64,000 bases of DNA from Callorhinchus milii (GCF_018977255.1 NW_024704742.1:2668001-2732000); one strand, 5' to 3'. Shown: positions 26,065 to 39,442, numbered from the stretch's first letter. Translations and numbers: made by a program. The notes: generated by a model not told the origin, from the letters alone.

Positions 26065-26985
26065 GTTTGTAATTCATATAAGAAAATACTCAAATCACGT
26101 TCTCGGAAAGGCGATCGGATCTGTTCCTCTATTACTGATAATAACCGGTTAAATCTGACACGAGATGCGATAAATCTGTGAAAGGGTCTGATTAAAATTG
26201 GGAGTCGGATGCCACAGGACGAATGGGATATTGGGCTATATTTCCAAAGCAGTTGAGTTCAGATCCGCAGAAGTCACTCAACCTGGTCTGGTCAGGCCCT
26301 ATAGACAATGCAGTGAAGAGTCATGAGGTTGATGGTCAGGGTTGAAGTAATGAGCTATGATAACACCAATAGAAAAGTGTGGAAATGTTTTGGAAAAATT
26401 GCGGGGACATTTGAAAATTTTGTGGAAAATTGCACCGAAAGCTTTTCTGAAAAATGGTGGGGATTTGATTGGTGCCATTGAGGTCCACCTTACTGCCAAC
26501 CTACATTTTTTTACACTTTATTGATCAAAACTAAACGTGAGGAAAAATACGTATTAGATTGTTGCTGAAAGAAATATTAATTGCTTCTTTAACAAAACAC
26601 TGGGTGGCCCAATTTTCTTTTGGGTGGGGGGGGGGGGGGGGGGGGGAGGAGGGGCTCTGTGGGGAGAGGAACACGAGCGAGGCTGCATGAGCTCACCGAC
26701 TCTTGCCTTTCAAGGCCTGATACCACACACAGATACAGAGACAGAGACCCAGAGAGAGACACACGCATAGACACAGAGAGAGAGAGAGACACGCGCACAC
26801 ACACAGACGCAAAGAGAGGCGCATATCCACAGACGTGGGCAGGTTTTGGGAGTTTATCACATGGGTTTATTGTTTGGGTTACTGTTGTATTTTTAATGAT
26901 GGAGAAGGCAGATTGTCTTTAATGTTGCTTCACTGCTAGAAACACAGACTGTTTTACATTTCTCTCTCCACATTATATCGCATCG

Positions 26986-27050
26986 AGGGAATCAAACCCA
27001 GGTCCTCTCGCTTGCGAGGCGAGTGCTCTAATCACTGAGCTCCAGGACTC
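26986..27050 (-). mobile_element. Isolated tRNA-Ala-like SINE head
   Basis: Reverse complement gagtcctggagctcagtgattagagcactcgcctcgcaagcgagaggacctgggtttgattccc; same head as the full SINE copies. Confidence 0.8.
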
Positions 27051-27330
27051 CACAATAAAGCATCTTATCACATTGAAAATGCCTCAAATGGCTTCACAGA
27101 GTATCCTTCAGTGTATTTGTAAGTGACTGTTACCGTCAGTTTGCAAGCAGCAACGTTTCAGTCATGGAACAAGTTTGGAAAATTTTTGGCCTGGTCACCA
27201 GGAGAAACCTCCTTCTCTTTTCGAACAGTGCCGTTGGATCTTTGTTGGATTTTAAGGCACAGCAAACAGTGGAATTAACCACTCTGTTGAAGCCTGGGAC
27301 AAAAAAGGGGTGGCCAGAAAAGAGAAACTT

Positions 27331-27655
27331 ATAGTAATAATAATAATAATCCTTGCATTTGATATAGCGCTTTTCACGTCGGGAGGATGTCCCAAAGCGC
27401 TTCACAGAACACACTGTAAAGTGAATTGACTGTATATTTGTGGGCGAACGTGGCAGCCAATTGCGCACAGCAATGTCCCACAAACAGTCGTGGATTGAAA
27501 ATGACCAATTTATGATTGTTTTTGGTTTTGGAGGGATTATTATTAGGCTCTGTGTGGAGTAAGGAAACTTGCCCAAGGTTTCGCCCTCTGCCTGGAATTG
27601 AACTCAGGTCTCTCGCTCGCAAAGCGAGTGCTCTAACCACTGAGCTACAGGACTC
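27331..27655 (-). mobile_element. Full-length tRNA-Ala-derived SINE, short (B) variant
   Basis: A box TAGCTCAGTGG, B-box-like AGTTCAATTCC, L2-type hairpin and (TTA)n tail. About 96% identical by eye to 41044-41366. Confidence 0.92.
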
Positions 27656-29084
27656 CGAACTTGTTCTCTTTCACCAAAATATAAAGTCGGGAACCCGAGA
27701 ACAGAGGAACCTGATAAAGAGCCTAATAGCTCATTTACTTACTAAGGCAAAACAATGCACAATTCGGGGTTGCTTAGGCTATCATGCTCGCGTAAAGCGC
27801 TCTGAGATGCCGTCAGGCGTGAAGGGCGCTATATAAATCCAAGTTGTTGTTGACGTACAGCATGTCACTATGGTGACCATATCAAATTTCACAGGCAGCA
27901 GATGAACTTCTCTTGCTTCTCATGCTTGGGAACACTAACGATGGCGGGTATAGAATCTCTTCTAGTCATGTTCTTGTATCATCGAAGTCTGTTCTTCTTT
28001 CTACTACTTCCTTGGACGTTCAAGTAAAGTGTCTTGAGTGGCAGAACCTCGGGTGGCTGGTCTGCTTTCCTGGAGAAGCGAGAAACATGCTCTCTCTCTC
28101 TCACTAACTCGAACTGACAACTGCCCGAGTTTGGCTCAACTATCCTTTTTTTTTTAAAACAATGTTTTTTTTTACATTAGGCTGATACATGCAGGTCTGC
28201 AAATGTTTGCCTTCCTGAGGGTTGTTTAATCAGACCGGCTTTGGGGCCTCAGGCTGACTCTGACCAATACATTAACAAGCCACAGAACAAGTTCACTTCT
28301 CTCTTAGCCAATTTAACTCTTTATGATACAAAGCAAAATATACTGGCATTTCCTGAATACATTTTATTTCGGAGTTATACCAGCTCCCTGTAACATCCGT
28401 CAAGCTCAGATAGAGATTCTGCAACTCAGCTCAATTCAATTAGCGTTGTAGTTCTTCTACAGGTCAGTTTGACAGTCGCTATGAAGCATAAGCATACCAA
28501 ACGTAACTAAAACCATAATATAAACACCAATTCACTTCTCATCACAATACCCGGAATGTATCTACGACCCATGTTTAGTTTTTGGCTAGGGACAATATGG
28601 CGTTGCTTTGATACTTGAAGTATATCTAGGACATTAGCTTCCAACCCGTAATGTTTCAAAGTCTCTGGGGTGTCTCTTAAATTGGGGTTGGAAGGCTATG
28701 CCCACGTAGTAAATCGTTTATCAAATTTAGCTTTAGTTTTTACTGGCTTCAGCTGTATTCTCCATTTTACGAGCTGTGTTTTCTGCAGTGAATATTGTTC
28801 ATTTCATTTATTGGCCCCTATCCTGAAGTCACAAGCCTCTGTGTTTAGGTGGATGCAATCCCACCCTGCCGGCATTCAGGTAGTTAGTTACACTTGACTT
28901 GACCGTGTGTGCCTTAAAACGTCAATTGCCATAAGGTTAAGATAACAATTTCTTTGGCAACTGTTGTTTTAACCTTATCTGTTAAATCGGGTGCTGTAGG
29001 TAAAGAATATACCTGTATCATTTTACAATATTAGTATTATTTATGTCCTACACTGTTATCTTTTCTTTGTAATATATAATCCAG

Positions 29085-29325
29085 GGTCCTATCTGCCTGT
29101 TCAAGTGGACTTTAAAGAGCCCGTGGGACTGTACAAAAGAGTTTTACCTGGTGTCCTGGCCAAAAATCCCTCAGATAGAATTAATCATTCACTTCATGGC
29201 CGTCTGTGGAACATTGCCCAAGTTAACCCCCGCAAAACACACTCAGTCACTGCACTTTACAGTGAATCCTGTACTGCACTATGAGATGTTGTCCTGATAT
29301 GAAAGGTGCTCTATCAAATGTAAGA
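29085..29325 (+). mobile_element. Deu-domain SINE fragment
   Basis: gggtcctatctgcctgttcaagtggactttaaagagcccgtgg...ggtgtcctggcc followed by the shared tail. Confidence 0.65.
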
Positions 29326-30307
29326 AGGAATATGAGGGGTGAAAGTGCAAATAAGAGACCGATTGATGTAGGTGATTATTATTCTGGTGATGCTTTGTGA
29401 CTTTTGAAGTGACATAGTTCCGTTTGGTTCCTTGCCGAGCTCAGGTTGTGGAGGTAGTCCAGTGGTCAGTAACGTTACACATTATTGTCTTTGCTGCAGA
29501 AATCCCATTCTAAGCACATTTTGTCAAGAGACGGCAACATTTTCGACGGGTGTAATTTTACACCACAGACGTTCTGCTACAAGAATCGTTCAGTTTAGCA
29601 AAGAGGAACGTTAAGATGTCAGCGGAGCTTGATGGCAGGATTGGTCGTTATGTTGACTGTTTAAAAATGGATGGTCTTCGGGTCCATTGTTCAGGGCAAC
29701 AGATCCCAAATGAAGATATAAAGGTCGAGGTGTCATGTGCATTTAAAAATATATATTTTTTTCTTCAAGAAACTCCCTGGTCTTTTTCAGTCTTGTTTCT
29801 GACAAGGAAATCAATAACATCGCTGATGGGAAATGCACTGAAAAAAAAACCCGGTTTCCACTTTGTACGGTGGTGAATAGCCCCCCGTTGGTTAACCTTT
29901 AAAACAATATTAAATAAAACGGTTCTCTCTGGCTACGGGAAAAAAAAACAGTGGCATCTAAATTGCGCAGTTTTCTAATGGGAGTGATTAATAACACTGA
30001 GTCCCAAGTAAATTCTCCTTCTGGTGACAGTGTGCCAGGCCTAGGCACGCACATATCCTATTTGAGCTTAGTTTCTGAGGGTCGATGTGACTTACTTGCG
30101 CTCGCCATCTTAGTTCTATTTGTGATTCACTGCTAATGATTTAAGCTATGATTCCCCCTCACTTCGGACTCCACAGCCCCAACTAGCAATGTTCCAATGG
30201 TGCCTCAGCTGCTTTACGAACCTGTGAACACGGTGGAGCTCGTATTAACGTGGACGCTGGCATTATATGGGGGAGTTTCAGTTCGGGAAGTCAGAGCAAT
30301 GATTGCG

Positions 30308-30625
30308 GAGGGATGTGGCTCAGTTGGTAAGCAGTCTTGCCTCTGATTCAGAAGGTTGTAGGTTCAAACCCCAAGTCTGGACTTGGAACCCATAATGGTC
30401 TAGATTTGCCCCTCCCGATTCAGTCGGCATTGTTGGACGTGTCCTACCTTTCGATGAGGCGTGAAGCCAAGGTCCCAGGTGGATATAAAAATCCCATGGC
30501 GCTACTCAAAAAGAGAAGGGAGTTCATCCACGGCATTTTATTGCAGCATATCCTGCGAAGTGCTTCGAGATGTCTCGGTGAGGTGATGAGGCGCTGTATG
30601 AAATGCAAGGTTTATTATTGTTGTT
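30308..30625 (+). mobile_element. Deu-domain SINE, near full length with internal deletion
   Basis: tRNA head tgtggctcagttggtaagc...ggttcaaaccc, Deu core ccaggtggatataaaaatcccatggcgcta, and tail gaggcgctgtatgaaatgcaaggtttatt. Confidence 0.8.
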
Positions 30626-30688
30626 CGCAGTAGTATTATTACGTGGACCGTCGGCTGAGATATGCTGTCACCGTTTGTGATTCGGCAG

Positions 30689-30852
30689 GTCCGGCATCTT
30701 ACAACATCTCCCATTACAGTCTTGCTCGCAGCGCCCTGAAGAAGGCTTTCGAATTTAGCTCGATAAGAGGAGGATTCGGATCATCAGCTCCACGGATGCA
30801 TTCCTTGTTGACCAAGCAGGATTTGGTGATACCCGGCCCAGCACATTACCAG
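30689..30852 (+). CDS. STPG2: STPG2-like internal exon E (GPASYNISHYSLARSALKKAFEFSSIRGGFGSSAPRMHSLLTKQDLVIPGPAHYQ)
   Basis: ggcag acceptor and cag|gtacgt donor; phases 1/0. GFGSSxPR and PGPxxYQ motifs. Confidence 0.9.
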
Positions 30853-33800
30853 GTACGTCATTAGAGCAACACTGAGCGATAACTAGCACTGTACCATTTA
30901 CACTCTACAGCAATTCTTCCTCATTATGTCCAGAATCTTCCTATTCGACCATGCCAACGGTAAGCTCCTTCTCCTCCTCCTCCTCCTCCTCCTCCTCCTC
31001 CCACCGGCTTGGAGTTGTGCTCTGGGACCCTATCCTGCGTGAGAGGCGCTATATAGAATGCAAGTTGTTGTCGTTATTCTACCCGACTGCAACCGAATAG
31101 CCTGCTGAGGATCACTGTCACAGCTCACACCCGAGTTATGACCATCAGGGAAAGATTCGGGAGGACACTCGTTGAATGGTAACCTATTAGGATGAAAATT
31201 AGAGTCCGAAACACAGATTGTCCAGCGCCTTGGGACGCCCTCCCGACGTGAAAGGCGCTATACAAATGTAACGATGGTCCTGAATACAGATCGATACTGT
31301 ACTTTTTAGGGGAGATTCTGCACACAAAGAAAACACAAAGTACAATAAAAGCATGGGGTAAGCTGTCTTGACAGAAATTTGCTGATTTTACACTATTGGT
31401 TTGACAAAAAAAAGGAAACGTGAGACAAGAAAAATGCCTGTTAAAAAGAAACTTCAGCGATTCAGTATAAAGAACAGTTTGTGGTTGTAAAGGAATCAAT
31501 TAAGCGACAGATGTGAGATGGTACTTTAACAGACAATTAATGGGGTGCAATTGACTGGCGGTTGATCTATGGTAGACTTTACAGGAAAAGTGATCAATGA
31601 AGAAAAAGTAGACTGCAGTCAAAGGAAGTAATGGCTGAACATGCCCTTCAAAAGTTCCAGAGGATGTAATGTAACTGCCGTGGATCAGTGCCCACATTAA
31701 ATATAAGGCACTTCAGACTAATGTACTTTTTATGGAAATAAAATTATAATTCGCTCTTTAAATGTCTTAATGCTACATAATGGAGACTGTAATTGGACAT
31801 CATAATATTGACATATGTGGTCAAATGGTTGAAAGCGGGATGATTATTAAGCCTATTATGGAATGACAGGAGTGTGCCTAAAAGTAACTACCGTATTTGC
31901 TCCATGATTTCCTAACCCTTAGCCTTTATGCGAAGGCTTCTATTTAGTGCGAGTGAAAGGCTAGCTGAACATTGATTTATAATGGAAGATGTTAAGGGTT
32001 CAGTCTATTAAAACAGAGATATCATTTTGATCACTTACACAGAATGCATAACAATGCCAAATGTTGGACGCGTAAGTAATTGCCTTCGTGGGCAAACTTA
32101 GACAAATTAAGGAACTAACACTCCGAGTTCTTTTCTTTCATGCAGTAATTAAGATGACAAATATTACATGCACATGATTAACCCGTGCTGAGTTGATATT
32201 CCTACGAGCAGTGCCTTTTCACGCCAAAGGCATACCATGGTCCGATTTATCTTTTTCCACTGCACATCGCTTTAAATCCGGCCGTTAAGCAAACAGGAAT
32301 GGCAGAACTCTGAAAGTTGGTCTTTTTTTTTAAATGTAATTAAAGAGCTGGCTGCACTTATTACCGTTTAAAACAAGGTCCTGAGGTGGTTCAGTACAGC
32401 TCTTAATAATTGGAGAAAACCGTCTTCCTAACTAAGACTGAACATTTGAATGTTCCCCAAAATTCTGCACAATCTTACATTTTATTTGAATGTTAAATTG
32501 TCTTCAGGCTGAGACCATGAGAATATTTAGCCTCCGAATTCTATGAGCGTTTAAACTTTTCTTTGAAGAAGAAGTTTGAAGACCCAAACTTACAATGTAT
32601 GCAGACATTGTAAGCTTGGGTCTTGATAGATAATTTGGTTAAAAGCAGGTTGTCGCTTGGAATTAAACTCAATTGCTTTTTTTTCCAATTTTCCAATTTT
32701 AGCCGACATATTAATTCCGTACAACGGCTTGCACTTACAGAGCGCGTTTCACGTCAGATGAGCATCTCAAACTAGTTCACTAAATGGGAATAATCATAAA
32801 TTAAGTGTCGTGTTCTGCCTGGCAGCGACACAATCGGAAAAAGAAACAGTGGGCCAAAAAATGATTTTGATAAGTAACGGGGGAAAAAAAAAATCACAAT
32901 AGGGGTTCTTAGGGAACTTTAAAGTTGTAAGTAGCTGCACTTTGCACGTGCCCTAGCTTTTATTTTAATATTATTTTAATATCGTTTAATATCCTTTCTG
33001 TCAGAATTTGTAAAAAAAAAACTTGTGATGATAGAAAAACAGCCCCTTTATTTTTTACTATGTCCCAGATTTATTTCCCAGCAGTAGTTTTGTGTTTGCC
33101 ATTTGTGCCGTTTTGTGTTTGTTCGGTTGCGCTGCAGCATAGCCAGAAATAGTTAACCAATGGAAGACCTTTCCTTAAATTGAAACGGCCATTAAGATGT
33201 AATTGTTTTGAATTGAAGAGCCCTTAAAGTTCACATTGATTTTCTTGCTCGCGGTAATATATTTCTGCAACACAGCCAAGGTTTGCTTTGTTTGCCATAG
33301 AGAAAGCTCGTAACAAATAGCTGTTTGTCTCAGAATTAAACATTACAGATCACATTTAAAGGTTACAGGGAACAAAATTGAAAGCAACCAGAGGAAGTAG
33401 GTTGCTAATCACTGGATAAGATTAAAATCCACTCAGTAGCATTTACTCGAAAGCTGTCTTTCAAACCAATGTTGACATCTGTGTATAGTGGCAGATCCCC
33501 AAAACATCTGTAAAACAGAGCGACGGCAAAAATAAAACTACAGTATGAGAAAAAGACTTCACAAACGTGTTGAAACCAACAGTACCAAATAGTCTGATTA
33601 AAAATCAATTTCCAAAAGAATATATTCATTGATGGGGGGGGGGAGGGGGGGTCCAGTTGCATTAGACATGTGTAAACACGTGTATAAAGAGGGAATTTAA
33701 ACACATGTATAAAGATTGTGATTTATAATCCTCATCGTTTTTTCTCTCGTCTGTTGCAACGGCTATTGAAGGATGAATTGGGCATCAAATTGCTCGATCA

Positions 33801-33904
33801 ATGAATACAGTTATAATCTCCCGGCAAATTGGCGCTACAAGGGGTTGACAACATTAAGGCACTAATCAGAAAAAAAAAGCAGTCGGGGAAGGACCAAATA
33901 GCCT

Positions 33905-34265
33905 TGTAGATTTACAACAACTGTACAGCACGGAAAGCAGCCATTCAGCGCAACCTTTCAGCGCAGGTGTTTATACTCTCCATGAGTCTCCAGCCACTCC
34001 TTACACCCTCCCGTATCCTTCTATTCCCTTCTCCCTCCCTCATGTGCTTATCTAGCTTCCTCTTAAATATATCTACACCATCTGATTCAACCACTGCTTC
34101 GGGCAGTGAGTTCCATATTCTCACTACCCTCTGTGTGAAGTAGTTCCTCTTAAATTCTCCGTCAGATCCTCCAGTCGCTATCTTATATTTGTGCCCCCAG
34201 GTTATGGATTTCCCCAACAAGCAGGAATAGCCTATTCATGTTGACCCTATCGAACTCTTCTTTAA
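33905..34265 (-). mobile_element. CR1 LINE 3' fragment
   Basis: ORF 33945..34220 contains GHKYKI...RNYFTQRVVRIWNSLPEAVVES...FKRKLDKHM, the CR1 ORF2 C-terminus. Confidence 0.9.
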
Positions 34266-36027
34266 TGAAAAAAGGCCTAACCTAACTTGTCTAAGGTGAG
34301 AGCAATAAGCTGACAGCTCTGGCAATATCCGAGTCAATCTGGCATCATCCAATAGTGTGAGGCTAATGAATTACCACTGTAAACAGAGAGGGGATTTAAA
34401 GGGGATGTGGGTGAGTGTTGGTATTGAGTTTCGCAAGCGCTCTGAGACACCATCCGGGTTGAGAAATGCTTTAAATCAATGCAAGTTGTTGTTGTTGTAG
34501 TTTATCTCTGGTTATGAAAAGGGTTGAACTGACAATGATTGCCCAAGCGCCTTGGGACGTCCTCCCAATGTGAAAGGCACTATACAGATGTGATTTGTTG
34601 TTATTGTTGGCTTATTTGGTTGCACTCTCACACCTGGACAAATCATTCGTGAGGCTGCAATTGGAGTGCTGCGTTCAGTTTATCTCATTTTAGGAAACGT
34701 GTTCAGGCCTTAAAGAAGCTGCATAGGAGATTTATTTAAAAAATTATACCAGGAATGGGGAGAGATTGGAGAAGTTGGGTCTATTTTTACTATTTGCTCA
34801 CACCTGCAACTGCGCGTTCATTTAAGAAACAAAACACTTCCATTTATATAGCGACTTATCACTGTGAAACAGCTAAGAGCACTTCACAGATAATTGCTGT
34901 CAAGTGCAGCGATTGTTTATTTGTAGGCAAACAAGGCAGCCATATACAGCTTCGAGCTACTGCAAACAGAGAATAGGTCAATGAACAATCAATCTAGATT
35001 ATTATCAACCACAACACTGAGAGAATGTTGCCCTGCGTTCCTTAACATTAAACTGAGGAAAGGTAGATCAGACCTCAACTAAATGCAAGTTCAAATATAT
35101 AAGACAATGCAGTGCTTGCCCGGTGCTACAATGAGGAGTCAGCCGAGACTGAGTTCAAATCTCAACGTAGACATTAATCCTATAGCCTTCAGGCCCAGAC
35201 GTGAGAGTGCTAAAAATGGAGCCAAACTGATGTCTGCCTCCATCCCCATGAACGACATCAACCACGGAACAGTTGTGTTCTAATTCAGTAATTTTTATTG
35301 CACCTTACCGCTATTTTATCACAAACTGTAATTATTTTAATTGGTGTAATTTGCAGATGGAAATATTGTGCACGATTAAGATTAGACGGATGATTCATCA
35401 TTTTAGTAGGTTGATGTTTGTCTCAAATGAGATGGTTAATGCTGATATAGATGATTTTGTGCATGAACCATGTCTCAACCAATTAACTACTTGAATTCGA
35501 TGCCATTGAGATAATTATATATAAATATAAATATGAATATCATGTGTACGTATATGGGTATGTGTGTCTGTTCCTTGGCTCACAGAGACATCACACCAAA
35601 CACAGAGCTCTATATCAGTGCAAATAACCTTGATTTTTCATAGCCTGTTTTGATTCGGAAATAGTGACAATGCTAATAACACTATATTTTCAAAAGACTC
35701 TGTAAAGCCCTTTGAGATTTCTTTTTAATGTGAATGTCGCGAAGGTTGTCGTCAAAGTTGCACCACTCTGGGAAGAGACCACATTTGTGTCACAAACTCG
35801 GATCGTGTTAAAATAACCCTTACTTGGTTAGCCTCAGAAGCAGAGGAAAATTGGAAGATTTACGTGTTTCACTTGTTCCCAGAATCGATTTTAATTGTCT
35901 TTATTGCTGTTTTCAAGGCTTTTTTAACCCCTTAACTAATTGCTACTTTTAGTGTTGACAGGAAATGTGGAACCTCTATTTTTAACGCATGAAACGTATG
36001 TGCTGCTGAAACTCCAATTCGTACAGA

Positions 36028-36140
36028 GGAACGTAGGAACAGGAGTAGTCCATTCAGCCACTAGATCCCGTTCCGCCATTCTATAAGATCATGGCTAATC
36101 TGTACCTCAACCAATTAACCACCCTTGCCCCAATTCTTAT
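36028..36140 (-). mobile_element. CR1 3' UTR remnant
   Basis: ggaacaggagtagtccattcagcc...ccgccattctataagatcatggct matches the CR1 tail at 40889-41040. Confidence 0.75.
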
Positions 36141-37184
36141 TCCTGTGTTATCCTGAACGAGAGGAGACAAATGCTTCAGTTATCCCTGAAAGTGACACTG
36201 ATGCATTTCAATGCAGCAGCATAGAGAGTAAGGAAGTGAACGAGTAAATTAATAGTGGCAAAATCATTCATAGGAATGTCAGTGCATTCTGATAGGGATA
36301 ACTGTGTACATGATGAAAGCGTGTTTATTGACTGAGGTGAAGAAGGGAAAATATTATGATTATAGATCATTCACTGATGGTTTTCAGTCAACATAAAATT
36401 CTTTATCGATAGAAACAAATTGAAAACCAGTGTGCGACTGGAGAACATCTGACTATAAGTAAATGTTTTTTCTGCCCGTCTGTGGATGACCGTAGCCTGA
36501 TATTGTGTGGAGTTTTCTCCTAAAAGACCATTTGGTCTGAAAGCACAAGGCACTGTGGAACATCCTTAAATTCAGCTTTTAGTTGGAATCCCACGTTCCA
36601 AAGTTCAACAGCAAGAAGAAATTACATTAGTATAGCGATCCTTCTCAATGGGAGGACATCCGTTAGTAAAAGCAACCAACTTCCAAATAAAGTTTAAATA
36701 GAAGAATTTTCTGCGATTCTGCATATGTCAAAATCATCTCACAGGCCAATACTAAATGGAAGTCTGGGCCTAGATTTGAAATACTCTGTGTAATTTTAGG
36801 GACCTCGCTTTCAACGGGATATTGAAGCATCTGAGAGAGTGTTGGAAAGCCCAGGATTTATTGAAACTATTTCACGTAAACTGCGAGAGCTTAACTTGGA
36901 GGCCAGGTTCAAATGTATTAATCTTCAGGTAAATTCGATTATATACCCCCCTACAGAGCAGTGAACAGGCAATTCCTCGTAAAAAAGCACTCGATGCTGT
37001 TCCGATCGACTCCTGGGGAAACAAAAATTGGTTGGTTGGAAATGGCACAGGTCCCTATATAATTCCAGAGGACTGACTGTTTCTAGTGCATGCATGCACA
37101 CGATGAAGTATGTGAGGAACAAAGGTGTATGTTTGTTTATATATATATGCATAATGCGTATATTAGTGTGTACTGGGAGAATTA

Positions 37185-37291
37185 TCTGAAATAAAAACAG
37201 AAGTCGCTGGGAACACGCAGCAGGTCAAGCAGCATCTATGGAGAGAGGAAAGTGAGTTAATGTTTCAGGTCGACGACCCTTTGTCAGAATT
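37185..37291 (-). mobile_element. Penelope-like element terminal-repeat fragment with decayed hammerhead ribozyme
   Basis: aaaacagaagtcgctgggaacacgcagcaggtcaagcagcatctatggagaga...gttaatgtttcaggtcgacgaccctttgtcagaa resembles a shark Penelope-type repeat as I recall it. The minus strand reads CTGACAA-stem-GAAACATT. Confidence 0.7.
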
Positions 37292-38729
37292 GCAGATTAT
37301 CTATTGGGCAGGTCACCATTTTTTAGTTAATAAGTACGGATGAAGTTACTTGATTTCCTTTCTCTCGGTAGATTAAATGGATGGAGAAAACTGGACATGG
37401 GCTGAGAATTTAGGGCTCAATAGGCCAAATGGCCTGTTCTCGCTTTATTTAATGCTCTCAGGAACAAAACAGGGAAGGAACATTTAATAGTGTAGAAGCC
37501 TCTCGCTGGATTTATGTTATGGTGTTTGTCATTGAAAACAGTACTACACAAGTGGGACGCTGTTTAGACGTGGAGAATGTTTCCTTGTAGAGTAACTGAC
37601 GTGGAGGACATGATGCCATTTCTATAGCAATAAACTCAATTGCACAAATAAGAAGTCCATTTGGATCAGGTTGGAAATGCTGCCTTGCATTTAGATTATT
37701 TCCTTTTGGTCGAAAATGAAGTCAAATGATTTGGTTATTTCTCAAACAATCTATTTTTCATAAATGCCAGAAATTAAGTAATGCAATTTCGTAGAGCTTG
37801 TTTCATTATAATGCAGGAAATTATATCATCAACATTTGTACTCGGCAAGCTTTCCTGTTATTTTGTGAAGCCCTAAATAATCCTTGGGGACTGATTACAT
37901 GGAACATTTTATCACTATGTACTTTGCTCCTGATTTTTAAATCAGGTCAGCAATAATAAATCTGGCATTTCAGATTACCTGAATCTCCATCCTAAACAGA
38001 AGAATCATTGGTGTAACAAGCACCTTAAATATATTCCATAATACATTTAATGACATATCATCTTTGTTGTAGTAGAAATACTTAAAGCATATTTAAATAT
38101 ATTGTAAATAAAATATTGTATGCAAACACCATGTATTGTGGCATATATCTATATATTAGATTAATTCTGGAAACCGAATTGTAGAGTTTATAACAAAAAA
38201 TAATCCCACTATGTCCTATGCATGGATTTCTTTAGACCCCTTCCTTATTTATTTAAAAGTGCATAAAATTACATGGTCAAAGTGTCGCCTCCACGTTTCA
38301 ATCTGAATGTATTAATTTAATATTGAGTTAATTCTGGAACTCATACCAATACAATCAGTCTCCAGGATCAGTCTGCAATCGGGGATCGTTCATTCTGCAC
38401 AGCTCAGCAAGAAGGTTTTGAAATTGCACTTAAAAAGACTGAAACATGCGGTTCATAATATGAAGGGAAATGCACTAAAAGTGAATGCGGCAGTTGCTCC
38501 ATTCCCCCTCTCTGTAGCCCAATGCTGATAAGTATTGAGGTGTATGCTGTAGAACCATATAAATTTTTATATGGTTATTTCGCTCATCGTGTCTGCGCCG
38601 GCTCCTTTAAGAGCAATCCTTTCAGTCCCATATACCTGCCTTTTCCTTAAACCCCTGTCACTCACTCCCTTTATCTTAAAATGCTCCAAGACGCTACCTG
38701 ATAGAAGAACGCTCTGCAAATGAACACCA

Positions 38730-39080
38730 GAACATAAGAAATGCTAGACGAAAAAAGAACAAGGTCCATTTAGTTCGCCTTCCACCTGCCTGGCGATCGC
38801 CCGCACATATGGACCAAACTCCCTATGTGCTGTATCCCATCATGTTATTTCCCAAAAGAAAGCTATCTGATCTGTGTTTGAAGGAATCAACATTTCCTGC
38901 TTCAACCGTCTCCCAAGAGACGTTGTTATCTAGTTCCCTTTTGGAAGCTGAAATGCGTTCTGCCTCAATCAACACTCCTGGCCGGAGTATGTGGGAAAAA
39001 ATAATCTCCTGTCCTCCCCGTTTGCTCGTTCACTATCTATCTAAAATTGATGCCCTCTCGTCACTGACTCACTGACCAAG
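38730..39080 (-). mobile_element. Old CR1 LINE 3' fragment
   Basis: aacataagaa tail repeat followed by a decayed ORF2 end (ctatctgatctgtgtttgaaggaatc...gcttcaacc). Confidence 0.6.
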
Positions 39081-39346
39081 TATTCTGGTTTCCACTTCGA
39101 GATCCTGCCTCTGAGTTTCCTCCCAGTCTGTTAAGAGGAAGACAGCTAGTTAACCTAACTTTGTCCAGCAATCAATGTGCCAGCAGTGGCATTCATTATC
39201 ATTTGCATTCTTACAAGCTAGGAGGAAAATGCTTGATAACTGTGACACGCACCTCTAAATTATACATCGAAGGCAGAATTTTACTATTCACTGAATCGGG
39301 GGGTTTCAGAAGTCTTCTAAACTTTTTTTTTAATTACTTTGTGCAG

Positions 39347-39442
39347 GTTAAGGACAAAAAGGAGGAGGCTTTCAAATCCCGTCACTCTTCGTCCTTTGCA
39401 TCGGTGTCCGATAGACTGCCTCTTCATAACAAACAACTCTTG
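39347..39442 (+). CDS. STPG2: STPG2-like internal exon F (VKDKKEEAFKSRHSSSFASVSDRLPLHNKQLL)
   Basis: Strong T-rich tract ending gtgcag, ttg|gtaaga donor, 96 nt, phase 0/0. S..F.S...R motif typical of SHIPPO-repeat spacers. Confidence 0.82.

Noticed and set aside
26621..26655. Poly-G tract (similar G-rich runs at ~6385-6430, 50374-50425, 57021-57060) as a functional G-quadruplex
   Set aside because: Simple homopolymer or low-complexity runs, prone to sequencing error, with no evidence of function.
26986..27050. Possible tRNA-Ala gene
   Set aside because: Matches the SINE head, is mutated in the A and B boxes, and lacks the acceptor 3' strand.
38553..38576. 11-bp inverted repeat aaccatataaa / tttatatggtt
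   Set aside because: AT-rich and located at the edge of a CR1 tail remnant; likely a local template-switch scar.
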